DNA of 64,000 bases from Alphaproteobacteria bacterium GM202ARS2 (lineage in GTDB: Bacteria; Pseudomonadota; Alphaproteobacteria; GM7ARS4), in NCBI GenBank assembly GCA_014323835.1, contig JACONH010000012.1, positions 95,363 through 159,362 on the forward strand, read 5' to 3'. Shown here one piece after another: positions 24,001 to 31,500 of this stretch. The translations under genes and the position numbers were made by a program. Every line of letters begins with the position of its first letter. Position 1 is the stretch's first letter. The notes under the pieces are model-generated. The model was not told where the DNA came from. It did not search any database and saw only the letters and a program-made list of their open reading frames with translations.

Positions 24001-26858
24001 TTGAAGATGGCGAGACCACCTGTGGCAGTGTTGTTGCGGTGCAAAATATATGTATCGCGGCACCGGGTGCATATAACTATCGCACCCGTGAGAACGATGG
24101 GACGTATACGTCCACCACGTTGGCGACAGCAACGACCGCGAATGCCGCCGCGTCATTGGTTGCGGGTGGCTTGGCTCTGTTGGAGTCTATCTTCCCGACT
24201 GAGACGACTGCCAAATTGGTTGACCGACTCTTGTTGACGGCATCGCAGAACTATGACCTCGATAACGACCTGAATATTGACTGGACGGCAGAAAAGCACG
24301 GGCAGGGCTTGTTAGACTTGGCGTGTGCGGTGCGTCCTGCCTTGAACAGCGTATCGTCTCGCACCCGCACGGGTTGCACCGATAGGTTTGGGGTTTCGGG
24401 GGCGGCGGCTTGTTTGGCGAATGGTCAGGGCTGGGATGGCGCGAATTGCGTGACCTCAAGCATTACGGCGATGCAGTGCGTTGCGGCCGGCGGTGTCTTG
24501 CAGGGGACGATGTGTATCAGACGTGATGCCTGTTCGACCTTCTTTAATACTGACGATGATGAGTGTGTCACGTCTTGTGCTACTGGGGAAGGGGCTACGT
24601 CCAGCAGGATGTGCACGGCAACGGGTAGTGTGGGTAATTGTGCCAATGCCTCGCGCTTACTCGATATGGGAACGACCACGTGCGTTACCAGCACTGTTTG
24701 CACCAGTGACCGCAGTAGGATGAATAGTTTTATCAGCTCGGGTTCGTGTGTCTCGATGTGTGCCGCCAATCAGGGCGTGGATAGTAACTTTATGTGCACC
24801 TCAACCAGCATCGATGGCGATGCGTGCGGCAGGGCGGGGCGTTTGCTCGATTTTGGCACGAGCAACTGTATCAGCAATACGATGTGCACCGATAGAAGCA
24901 GTGGTAATCAGTATGTCAATGCGGGTGCGAAGACCTGTAGCACGGGGCGGGATTGTGCCGAGGGACAGGGTATTATCAATGATGCTTGTGCGGATGTTTC
25001 TACTTTGAGTGGCAATGCTCTGACGATGGCTTGTGAAAGGGCGGGTAGAATTGTCGAGAGTGGGGCGTGCGCGGTGGGTGCTGTCGATGAGAATGCGATT
25101 ATCGAAGCCTTCCGTGGCACGGGTAACACTGCGGTGACCAGCGACCTTGCCAGCACCTCAGGCATTACCGATTCGAGTGACACCGATGCCAAACGCCGTT
25201 TGGAGTATGCCAATCAGCCGTCATTGGATATTGTTGGTGCGGCGTTTGCCTATGGTAAGGCGGGCGATGGTGCTGCTGGTATCGATGCCGCTATCGCCAA
25301 GGCTGGTGAGGGAAGCAATATCAGCGTCATTATGCCTCGACGCTTCGACACAACGCATCCTGAGTTCTCATCCTCTGCTACTGGTGTCACCTTCGAAACC
25401 TTGACGCGATTTCAGATTAGAGAATTAAACGACGGTAGTCGTATTATACCCACTCTTGTCTCGACTATCCCGACGTTCTTTACAGGTGATAGCGATGAGC
25501 AGGTGCTCGTTTATAATGACGGTTTTGCTGGTAATATTAGATTTCTGGCGGAGATACAGGTGCCGACCCTCGATGTGGGTGGCACCCCGACGGTGTTTGA
25601 AAGCTTTTCCCGCAATGATATCGACGGCAATAGCGATGCCCGTAACGCGTTGCTGACGTTCTTTAAGACCATCCTAGGCGGAACGGGAGTGCCTGATGTC
25701 GACGCGGTGATGCTTCAGGAGCGAAATAATGGGAAGTATCGCCTTGTGCTTGCACTGGCACAAAATGGTAGGCCTGCATATGTTATATCTTTTACTGATG
25801 ATAATAATTCTCAATTTAATTTCAATCATGTCGGACGTGTTTATGGCAGTGGCAGTAACATTGGCTCACACCGAGTTGTTGCAGATGCTTTACGTAGTAT
25901 TCGCAGTGATGCCGACAAGGGTGAATGTATAGATAAGGCTTGCTACGGTGGGGCACCTGTTTCGGCTAATGGTGCTGTGATGGGTGTGTTGGCTTTGATT
26001 AACGGCTTGATAGACCCGGATAAGGATGGGGTTGCCTACAACACGCACGGCATCGCCCCGGGGGCAACCTTGAATGTGTTCACCAGTAGTGACCGCGTTG
26101 GTGGAGAAGGTGGTTTAGACAATCCTGTTGACCTCGCTTATCAAGCCCGCAACATCGATGTGATACGGGATAGGGATAGTGGTGGCACCTTGGTTGCCGA
26201 TAGCCAGCGTGACATTGTCGTCCTCCATAATTATTTAGTAGATGATACGAGCAGTGAGGCAACCAGCACTGGCTTCAGTAGTGAATTCACTGGTAACGTG
26301 TTGAGTTTCCGCACCGCTCTGGCTTTGGGTGCAGGTGATAGTGTGATGCAAGATGCCTTCATCTTCGCCGCCCGAGATAGTGATGGTGTATCGAACGAAG
26401 GTGGCACTCAGCGGCAAGGTGATTTGGGCGTTGGTTTTGAGGATGATAATGGGGTAGTCACTGATGTTGGGGCATTCTCGGCTCTGCCGGTGTCGGATAC
26501 GGCTACCAAGACGGCTATCGGTGAATTCTCTATCATCGTTGTTGCTGTCGAGGACGGACAGACTCCATGCGGGAGCAACGCCGACGTGCAAGCAATTTGC
26601 ATCGCCGCCCCGGGTGAGTTCCGGTATCGCAACCGTATGAGCGACGGCAACTACGCCACAACCCTATCCACAGCAACCAGTGCCAACGCCGCGGCGTCAC
26701 TGGTGGCAGGTGGCTTGGCTCTGTTAGAGTCTATCTTCCCGACTGAGACCACCGCTCGTTTGATTGATAGGTTGTTGCTCACCGCCGCCAAGGTCTACGA
26801 CTTGGATGAGGATGGTGTCAACGACTACGGCACAGATGCCACCAAGCACGGTGGATGA
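9051..26858 (+). CDS. giant surface protein (5935-aa ORF). It has a lipoprotein-type signal, a Pro/Thr-Asp-Pro-Gly linker, five degenerate subtilase(S8)-like modules and cysteine-rich repeat arrays. The ORF ends prematurely inside a 49-bp tandem duplication.
   Basis: GTG start with an SD. N-terminus MPIRLVLLLSLFVLGGVSSC. Five modules repeat the motifs YANQPSLD-VGAAQAYVS, ISVITNRRFDPSHPEF, NTHGIAPGATLNVFT (like the subtilisin GVAPSASLYAVKV segment), CLAAPGAY-YR (APG box) and ATSNAAASLVAGGFALLEE (like GTSMAAPHVAGAAAL). The modules are separated by dozens of Cys-rich repeats (C..ADTC...YFYDGSSRCVTDCG.GNARRTVGTSN.C). The stop TGA at 26856..26858 lies inside the second copy of the duplication. Confidence 0.7.
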   Translation: MPIRLVLLLSLFVLGGVSSCSSGDSPSSSAWVPPRVVVEGRAGTRPDPGTRPTDPGPTDPGPTDPGVVPPGDPDGTEILVSNDRGTTLRGTQDFQSGQQSPVLMALLEEVEEADTEEEASMSRLESLFGFGSGVTEQQERTRSSFEYANQPSFDKVGAGFAYYDRTRTQPSSGGLSAFQDDGGLLYDRTGAGSSIRYLTDRRFGNFNGTTGRFTDTIGSHPELALSGGEALVRAWSDDITSRVAGALLFDPYVRREERKLLYTYNRLGTLQHHSSAAVRQPRALAIPFLNQGASTTPPADIVAVLFHPDPIPTPPRVNVHGADPSPLTVEDSRIITAFNRETLSSISAGIDDSAYVVARRSVLARIIDSGVPGFDFLVDDNGNPVLVDENGDVVPTDSSGDPLDSNIDINTLDFAYTEDVGYTYGDVFVQTVFAAYDLPWGATAGDFRSVGEEATAEDIGLLALIRGLVNPEDSINLAALRVSSHGIAPGAELGVLTTHGLREVGDCVSIARPTSSATAVGTCDSTGGSDYGEVKAVRGGVNLYDAILRAGAPRGVGRGNIILFDNRLQASGLSMVLATRDITQLPFADNNLWHIESQRAGGFSTDLGDYYTRVSDGTVALRPTLAADNGVKVYEQDGYKAKGTEVTTFDDTTLTPQQIVFAIIDGHYGANTILRSRNDLGADAQRALRLLLGMRHSLQRNDDSVVEDYDALIFAAQEQGGDIGLFAGLPLQVDLLVDARRAAAEADFALALRDGLSERDILQRAFAAGHRYDAGRQTLRTEITVDNVDGEPIAFHRRVFHRVPPALNDDLNNSQVSLTSFEFLEGSNQLRVVFSNGNSYTIERGLNEQGVANDFPEGQGHYYYAAAREVLFKVAGARTWVFHAVPQWLVDGLDSSASFEFVDNRNEVRVTLSDGRVHVLDVPTDLETPLPYYLAVVAAESGATPCGVVAQDFCLAAPGAYTYRDPGSDEAYDEDDTLETTTATARAAASLVAGGFALLQEVFDGQLNTAELVARIKQTASQNFDLDGDGNNDYTQMDGGAERYGHGLLDLECATRASLDRSRCRPATTETREFSPQACLLQGRGVNVAGDGCASASRSACRALALQGAVFDSANSRCVSETGCLGVQGRVIDFEVGECLTDARACPADRPNVADGRCSQRISAEICANSGRFLLEESSSGSAFLTEANRGFRCVDSCPAFQGVRDGNVCVGDTARCGPDGRGSRTVPGDDPGVSRCVSSLDDSFTEDTCSAAGRFVSSTGDACVARCAAGEFVGVAMGGTLPVTCMSTCPSRGVRDSTDNCISRSACVGSGVVSSDNRQCFTDGDDCPAGYGVYKNQCTSRVINDDSCSEASRFVGADRRTCVASCEGGQFVGAGSLGANTCYSVDLCQAAGGGREAINSGDCVTATALSCYNLGSVTYLYNGMRGAEAACVDTCASGEVRQMSGSANQCLSQLGCRELSLVVGQGAEQDLCVAASAIGCARDGGRGFENGACVAASASTCDTKGISFVDGECRSCLRSQGLVGSECRNIDTLPTTAEQITACAALDRLYDPASTARCVATASQCSDNRVQGVSGLTVNGVAADTQCVAVSECIMGGFGLGTNVCAPAAADTCYSADSARYFYDGSSRCVTDCGAGNARRTVGTSNDCPSEMMCRDTSSRAVNNGVCVVADSDTCRADGSRVFSTNKCVANARACINETGDLGYDSTTNSCVMATSPTECLAAGNAFFDGTDRCLAECAAGQGSDTNRECMAVTAANGNVVCGNASRRFDVMADACKSSNTCDVGEFLGDASFGANSCYTVEGCVMASGGRSVSTGVCVGAAADTCRAAGVSTYYFDSARGCVTACDMGGLTVRRALGSGNRCLTPAECRSLPHTGPDRGAVLAGDCVIATANTCAGDDNGGLGFRNGICIEASSTSCDTTMGIQFSNGRCMACNAGQGFVSGSGCTDITTLGTAAAQVDACAAAARLYDPASTVTCVATANDCTQNRIQGRSVVMVNNRPSNSQCISIAECGAGMSGVDTGRNRCVAGTAVTCKAVTSSTHYFDGDDGCVTSCSGVADMRTVTRAITGGNECVTADNCRGMAHTGSVRGAVQNSNNCVVANGNNCAFDDSRAFNGAMTGCVESCIVDDGGRGRSALGQCEAASPASCYRDFQSSADGFYDANASGGARCIEFPNQCANGAFGSSRSLMNECVADCPSSGQGVNSNNICSGVGGLNATERVTNCIRAERIVEGNACTETCSSGTPYYNGTDTCVDAAGCVAINRGVATNAASRFGRQIATAGSCATASAASCHTAGSSTYFFNSGARRCVSDCGAGNARRTVGTNNTCIAETACRNATNRGAVVGGMCVAASADTCFADGGMGFGSGRCVTASATTCNEDLNYVFDADDRACVLGSFVDVALPATITTRADALALFTGDPAEAAAADEVKNIRTEYQAQPSLAQVGAAQAYVSRVPNSGATINNLSQLTIGKGSQISVITNRRFDPSHPEFSSAVTGTDAVDYETLTRFYISVSGRLLNDDFSSATAGAHVFLNRYFSGDSGESPRTVFYTSGYSPFGNFEAYFSARIGQITNMNFDAISRTDTSFDGTTSNPVGVGLLGVFSPLLGGSAVDVTPSFDGFEITYDSSQRVIIVDTASDDDENFNHVGRIYAEGEGNLGSYQIVVTSDTVVRQDNNTYGSDVPDEADAEEMGLLVLINGMLDGAGGATNTHGIAPGATLNVFTSPRVGANRHNSVDLIYRARGIDIARDRDNNGNLIADPVRNIVLIQNTLAHSERNNAVTVANVNDVVGASGSNIADSYKEIYEALQLGVKAPVQGSVTADEKQQDIYVFAAADSRSAQNGVGLLAALPASTSGTSLMPYSVAVVAAEDAASAFCGVTANDFCLAAPGAYKYRDDGADNAYGGSDDTLETASATSNAAASLVAGGFAILEELFGDQLGSDQLVARMLATASQCFNINGGGAEAWNSATGRCENARNDYVGDRGTPTMDNLNPTRYGHGLMDLECATRASLTQERCRTASDAPSVCLANGFGHNGFICVTTGITTGDCGRAGGLLSGTSCIAASACTGGMVINVDNDECVSSCETTDVIGAGGRFATNRCYTVDTCIMAGGGLSAMSNGMCAAANARTCHNAGADTYFYDGSSRCVTDCGMNNVGRVNGTSNSCITQTMCRSNSIRGAVVGGVCEMASADNCFADGGLGFMTNECVTASEGTCSEEANYVYDGSSACVPGANINVRVSGIDTRVKALALFTGDKAEATASDAVKNIRTEYQAQPSLAHVHAAQAYVSQVAETGETVSNLSQLAIGKDSLINVITNRRFDPTHPEFSSSADGAEYETLTRFEIGTDDNEFTSDARDITEGSNKIISAIFNQDTGDNPRVISYENWFQAGRSFISVRVPQIDGRNFDEISRSGAGFTSTDTSNQVGLDLLAFFQTILGGDRVGSVTFDGDEILYNSNEAIDLVSNTDHGTARRFNHIGRVYARGNVGSYRVFATRVIDGVRQNNNNYASGIPNEANAAEMGLLVLINGLLDGQGGATNTHGIAPGATLNVFATPTFSSGNNVADWTLRARGIDLGRDRDGSGNLIADKTRHIVLIQNGVADSGTGNAVNRNSVNSAGRGSGAYRGLLPNLQLGVKAPGSATAEELRAQDIYVFAAADNRNTHKDVGILAAMPLATENSINISPYSVAVVAAENAANAHCGSVARSFCLAAPGSYAYRTKTGGSYGGGDDTIAVARATSNAAASLVAGGFAILEEIFGDQMGSHDLVQRMRLTASTCFNVQGAAGDPWNSDTNTCDNSKNDYVGDSASQRLGSVPGENRFGHGLMDLECATRTALERDGCRIASTDTAAGCLANNQGFNGVTCTATGITAAECVEAGGIREGTMNRCIARTACTSPRLFNLDNNTCVDMCDPGEGRASGRRCAAASDENCNNLSVRYDVGNDTCRGDQNCGNNEFRGDSNLGTNSCYTVASCGSNGGGRANAGSGLCVPATEATCYNLGATTRYLQNGDCVTSCTGGELTRSIAMMNVCVSDTNCRGSRQGAVSGTTCIAPSAMACNDDGMRAFNNAMDRCVVSCIANDSGRGRDSSHNCVGATGASCRLAGGNSNTMGFFDNSDSANPTCVATAGDCSGSQFGETDGSSNTCVTSCTNLTYGVDDDEICVMPSNQDQCGNANRFLQGGICVAACSGTTDIVGGALSGMDATCVAVTACIAGNLGVENGECATANAGTCHGAGENTYFYDGSSMCVSDCGNNNVGLIDRTAMQNTCVTETNCRDTRNDAIIDGVCVAASALTCFQDGGRGFDGTSSCVDAAADTCLSTSNLMFMNGSCVSSCTAGQGFRGGSCVALTGLTTGQQIEACSNIGRLYDPVDGTPTCVAAGANCSGDLVQGRREINVNGVVSNTQCITAMACGDATYGVASKVCVDAAADTCRAAGDSTYYFDTDGGCVTMCSTDDRLYTLNSATAGNSCATVAECRADTDTGTALRGACMTASVENCFIDGGRGFDSGECLTPTQASHCDSNANLVWNNADNCVSMERVNVAVSGITSRQLAEEMFTGDVDDTSADIVIRSIRQEYQNQPSLDIVGAAQAYVSKVAESNADIMNLSELSLGKDSEISVITNARFDPNHPEFASSRGSTFDTLTRVSGFRTSVGLQLSNIVNEFFGGDMTATGRRATAYTFSITGQRFYFTLPIGEIDSMPFENLARDDVTASGTARANQIRDILRLLTGNTEGEFSGDLSFSDTGFPTGTASRFIQISRMAADGVNHVGRIYQNSNIGSYQIVLGRQKVREADDKGECIGNNNCYSSSGGVPSAASDAQMGVLALINGLLDSRGGAENTHGIAPAATLHVFTAPKVGATGHSSADLIYRARSIDPARDLMDGTNTIIADDDRNIVLIQNTIAVTARTEAATVANVGDVVGLAGAPTTLDNDYKGIYDALLVGVDADSATQDAYVFAAADGARSDVGLLAALPIATNSKLAEYSIIVVAVEDGETTCGSVVAVQNICIAAPGAYNYRTRENDGTYTSTTLATATTANAAASLVAGGLALLESIFPTETTAKLVDRLLLTASQNYDLDNDLNIDWTAEKHGQGLLDLACAVRPALNSVSSRTRTGCTDRFGVSGAAACLANGQGWDGANCVTSSITAMQCVAAGGVLQGTMCIRRDACSTFFNTDDDECVTSCATGEGATSSRMCTATGSVGNCANASRLLDMGTTTCVTSTVCTSDRSRMNSFISSGSCVSMCAANQGVDSNFMCTSTSIDGDACGRAGRLLDFGTSNCISNTMCTDRSSGNQYVNAGAKTCSTGRDCAEGQGIINDACADVSTLSGNALTMACERAGRIVESGACAVGAVDENAIIEAFRGTGNTAVTSDLASTSGITDSSDTDAKRRLEYANQPSLDIVGAAFAYGKAGDGAAGIDAAIAKAGEGSNISVIMPRRFDTTHPEFSSSATGVTFETLTRFQIRELNDGSRIIPTLVSTIPTFFTGDSDEQVLVYNDGFAGNIRFLAEIQVPTLDVGGTPTVFESFSRNDIDGNSDARNALLTFFKTILGGTGVPDVDAVMLQERNNGKYRLVLALAQNGRPAYVISFTDDNNSQFNFNHVGRVYGSGSNIGSHRVVADALRSIRSDADKGECIDKACYGGAPVSANGAVMGVLALINGLIDPDKDGVAYNTHGIAPGATLNVFTSSDRVGGEGGLDNPVDLAYQARNIDVIRDRDSGGTLVADSQRDIVVLHNYLVDDTSSEATSTGFSSEFTGNVLSFRTALALGAGDSVMQDAFIFAARDSDGVSNEGGTQRQGDLGVGFEDDNGVVTDVGAFSALPVSDTATKTAIGEFSIIVVAVEDGQTPCGSNADVQAICIAAPGEFRYRNRMSDGNYATTLSTATSANAAASLVAGGLALLESIFPTETTARLIDRLLLTAAKVYDLDEDGVNDYGTDATKHGG

Positions 26859-26901
26859 GGATGGTGTCAACGACTACGGCACAGATGCCACCAAGCACGG
26901 A
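26804..26901 (+). repeat. perfect tandem duplication, 2 x 49 bp (TGGATGAGGATGGTGTCAACGACTACGGCACAGATGCCACCAAGCACGG)
   Basis: Read directly: 26804..26852 is identical to 26853..26901. 49 is not divisible by 3, so the second copy shifts the frame and provides the TGA stop of the upstream ORF. Confidence 0.95.
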
Positions 26902-28497
26902 CAAGGGCTGATGGACTTGGCGTGTGCCATACGCCCGACCCTCGCCACGGGCGACTTGGTGCGCACCGGTTGCACAGACCGTCATCCTCTCGTTTCCCAG
27001 AACGCGCCGCCCTCACAATCCTCAGGACAAAACGCCCCGCCCGCAGCCCAAGAGGAACAAGAACACAGCGAGGATGGGGAACGCACCGAAGCGACCCCCG
27101 CTGAGGTTAACACCGTGGACTACTGCGATATTGACGGCTTGCGGATTATCTTGTCGGGTGACTTGTGCTCAGATGATTACCTGACCCTCGTAGACAAAGA
27201 CGGCAACGTCAATGGCGCGCTGATTGGTAACTTGCGTTTTGGTATGGGCTTTGGCGACTCGTTGTTGCAGGGTATCGGTATCACCTTCTTCGATGCCTTC
27301 GATACCGCTTGGACGGTGGACAATCCCTATAACCCGTATGCGCATCTGTTGAACTTTGGCAATATTGTCATCGCCCCCGCCGAATCCCGCTTCGATGTTG
27401 AAGATAGGTTCTATGCTATGCGTTATGGCACGCGTCCGGGCACGCGCAAAACATGGAACAGCGATACGGCTCGTATCACTTTCGACTTTGCTACGCAAGG
27501 CATGGCGACCAAGCCTTATGCGGTCACCCGTGGGCAAATCCGCAACACCATTACGCACGACAACATTGGGGCTGACCCCTATGCCGATGTCCGCTTTATG
27601 CTCTCTGCTGAGGATTCGTTGGGTGTTGGGCTTGGACGCCTGAAAGTCATGACGTATTCGGGCATGGCGATGGGCTATGCGTTGGGCTTGCATGCACAGG
27701 GCGATGCCATGATGCCGAGTTACTTGCTGACGAATCGTGACTCGTTCCATGCCCCGTATCTGTCTCTGGCGAGCAGTGGCTTAGGTGGCGGTATGACCTA
27801 TCGCTTCCGTGATGGCGGGCATATTGGTTTTGTGATGGGCGAAGGCACGAGCTTAAACGCTGATGGCACACTGCCGTATCAGCAACAGACGTCTCGTCCG
27901 CGGGCTTTCGCGGGTATGATGGAATATGCCCCGCACCGTAACTTGATGTTCCATGCGGGTGCGTTGCAAGAACAGAGCACGCTGTTGGCATCGCAAGGCT
28001 CAGGCTTGTTTGATATTCAGGGTGGCACAACCACCTTCGTTGGCGTGCAAGCCAAACAGCCGTTGACTGATAACTGGCAGGCGTTGGTCAGTGGCTATGG
28101 CGGACGCACGCAGCTTGCGGGGTCGGGCGGTATTGTGTCGGGCTTGGATGTGATGACGTCTTCGTTTGATGTGGGCTTGCTTGGCTCGCATGTCTTGGAG
28201 AAAGGCGACCATCTGTTGTTCCGTGCGGGACAACCGATGAAGGTCGAGTCGGGCTCGCTGGACTTGTCTTATGTGTCGTTCCGCCGTCAGGATAGGTCGG
28301 CAGTCAGTCATACGCAGAGCTTCGATGTTGCCCCGTCCATGCGGTCGGTGGAGTTCGGGGTGGGCTATGGTATGCCCATTGGCTTGAATGGCAGACAAGG
28401 CCACATGCGTTTTGCTATAGACTACGTGCTGAATCCGGGACACCGACGGGTGCGTGATGAGGTCTTTGGCATCATGTCATTCCGCCGCGAATTTTAG
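26853..28497 (+). pseudogene. out-of-frame 3' continuation of the giant gene (linker + autotransporter-like beta-domain), separated from 9051..26858 by the 49-bp duplication frameshift
   Basis: A different frame from copy 2 onward reads DEDGVNDYGTDATKHGQGLMDLACAIRP...FRREF*, colinear with the C-terminus of the downstream paralog (...NQHGQGLMDLECAVRP...FRREF). The C-terminal aromatic residue and alternating beta-strand pattern suggest an outer-membrane beta-barrel. The ATG at 26764 in the ORF track is not a real start. Confidence 0.65.
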
Positions 28498-28508
28498 GGG
28501 AGGGCACC

Positions 28509-31500
28509 ATGAACACATCAACAACACACACTGCAACAACGCAAACTGGGAGAAAAACAACCATGACACTGCTTACTGGCTTTTGTAACACCCTTCGTAA
28601 CATAGGTATAGCCGTCTTTGTGCTTCTTGTTGGAGCCTGCGATTCAGGGACGGAATTCTCGCCGAGTCGAGAAGTCCCCTTCGCACGGTCAGGCGGTAGC
28701 GGCGGTGTCACGCCCACAGACCCGACAACGCCCACAGACCCGGGCACGACAGACCCGGGGACAGTAGACCCATCTCGGGGTGGTCTGGTTGCTGCGTCCA
28801 TTTGTGCGACACCGTATGAGGGCTTGCCGCAGGGCATGACCGAAGCCTCGCAGTGTGTGCGTTTGAACGCGCCAAGCCTCGATGAGAACGGCAACATTGT
28901 GACCAATAGAGATGGCACAGAAGTGCCGCGTTACCGTGATGATGGCATTAGTAGGGAATCGCTGTGCTATCGTGCGGGGCGTAATGACGAACCGCTGGTG
29001 TATGATCACAGCACGGTATCGTGTGTGCGTGCTTTTCAGGGCTGTCCTGATGGGCAGGGAGTCATCCAAGCCCTTGGCAATAACGAGCAAAGTGGCTTGG
29101 GTCGCCGTTGTAGTGGACAAACGCCTGAGAACATTCAGACAATCAGCACGGTGGTTGTGGGTATTGCCAGTGGCGATGATGCGGATGCTCGTCAAGGCAA
29201 GATAGACGCTGCCATTACGGCGGAGCGCATGGCTAATCCTGATGTTGATTTGATTAATGTTGTTGAGGTTTTTTATGACAGCACCGATGATGGCACTGCG
29301 CAAGCGAACAAGCTGCAGGCTGTAACCAACAAAGTCAATGGTGCTCCTCTTGTAGATGGTGAGGCTCGTTTTATCTTCCGCACTGTTGCGGTGGGCATCG
29401 AGCCGACCGACACGCCAGCAGAGCGACTTGCGAAAGTCAAAGCGGCAATCACGGCAGAGCGTGCAACGTTGCCAAGCGGCGGCGGGGGTGAGACGGCTCT
29501 TAATGCCAATTCGATTATTAATGTCATTGAGGTCTTTTACGATGACGGTGACAGCGATGCCGAGAAAGAACGCAAAGTGGCTGAGGCTATGCGGGACGAG
29601 GCACAAGGCAATCGATTCGAGCACCAGCTTTTGTTTGTGACGGTTGCGGTGGGCATCGAGCCTGATGACACGCAGGCGATGCGTGAGGACAAAATCAGGG
29701 ATGCGATTAATGCGCGCCGTGCCGAGGTGCCGAATGCTCTTGCGATTGTAGCGGTGCCGGTTTTCCACGAGGCGGACGACACCGATGACGAGAAAAATGC
29801 AGCTTTAGCTGCGGCTTTGGCGGAAGCGGTGCGGGGTGACAATCAAGAGGCGACTGCGTTGCGGAAAAAATATGGCTCGTATACGGCTGATATGTGTAGC
29901 GCGGGCGGGCGTTTGTTGACGGTGCGAGGCACGGGTGCGGATGCTTTGACGGGGACGGGTTGCACGAATTTGTGTGCGGACGGCACGTTTGTTGGTGATG
30001 GCGGCGGGTCGCGCAGTGCTGGTATTTGTTATAATGATGTTGCGTGCACCGCGAGTGGCGGCGGACGAGCCGAACGTGGCAGTGGTGCGTGCATCGCGGC
30101 ATCGCCTGAATCCTGTTATGGAGTTAGTCGTGCGGGCAGTGAAGGTGTTGCCGCTGTATCGTATTTCTTTACGAATAGTCGGTGTATCCACAATGGCTGT
30201 ATCGATGATATATCGTTGGTGCGGGCGACCAGTGCGACTCGTGGCACGAGTACGTGTACGACTGTGCGGGAATGTTATAATCAACATGGCAGAACGTTGA
30301 CGGGTAATCGTTGTGTTGCGAGTTCTCGGTTGTGTTTGCGGCGCGGTGGGCGGGGCTTTGATGGCGATAGGTGTGTGGCAGCGAGCGAAGACTCCTGTGG
30401 CGGTGGCTTGGCGTTCTATTATGAGGGGCAGTGCCTCAGGGCGACATGTGGCGAGAGGAATGAAATCCCTGATGCCAGACGTTTCGATAAGTGCATCAGC
30501 GAGGCGAACTGCACAAGTGACCGCAGCGCGGCGTTGGCACAAAGCGGTGAAATCTGTGTCAGCAAGCAACAGGGCTGTCCGACAGGGCAGGGTGTCAATG
30601 GGGAGAGATGCACCGAGACGGTGAATGCGGCGACGTGTGCGGATGCTGGGCGATTCGTTGATGTGCGTGGCGGTGGTGGGGCGCGCTGTTTTAATACGTG
30701 TGCGGGACGTGAGGTTATTGCGGGGAACGTCTGTTTGGTGGATACGTGTGCCGCGGATGAGGTGTATAGCCCAACGAGTTTCCAGTGTGTCGATATTGAT
30801 AGCGATGCTGATACCGCGGCGACGCAGTGTCAAGCGGTGGGGCTGGTGGCGAATGTCGCCAATAGCCGTTGTGTCGAGCGATGCTCGGGCAATACGAGAA
30901 TCGCCACGACTGGCACGCCGCGCTGTGTGACGGATGTGACCCGCAGCAGTTGTCTGTCTAATAATCAGGCTTTTGATAGGGCGACGGGTGAATGTGTTAC
31001 GGCAGACCTTGATACGTGTGCGGCGACGGGTGCGTTCTATGATGGCTCGGCTTGTGTTGAGTTTGGCAACAATGCGACGATGATAACCACGATACGTGGA
31101 ACGGATGACGCTGCCGCGGATGGCGTCGATGGCAAGCAATCAGCGGCTTTGGCGGCGTTGCGGGAGGCGATTGCCGCGGTTGATGATGCCGATATTGGTA
31201 GCACACAGGACGTAACCACAACAGTGGATGATGATGACGACCCTAATACGCCTGAAGTCCCTATGGATTTCTTTGGCAATGGGGCGGATTTGTTGTTGTT
31301 GCAGGCTTCCGCCAGCGATACCCCAACCCGAACCATGCTGTTGAATCGTTTGCGAGTGGCGTATGCCAATCAGCCGTCCCTCGACCAAGTGGGTGCGGTG
31401 TTCGCGCACCATGTGGGTGACTCGGGGCGGACGTATGGCTTTGGCTCGACGGTGTCGTATTTTGCCCCGATTCCGACAAGCGACCGAGAGGGTAGCGACC

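Noticed and set aside
26764-26852. ATG at 26764 as the start of an independent 577-aa gene
   Set aside because: The first 30 codons are an out-of-frame read of the upstream gene (MIGCCSPPPRSTTWMRMV…). The real relationship is a frameshifted continuation, so it was annotated as a pseudogene fragment.
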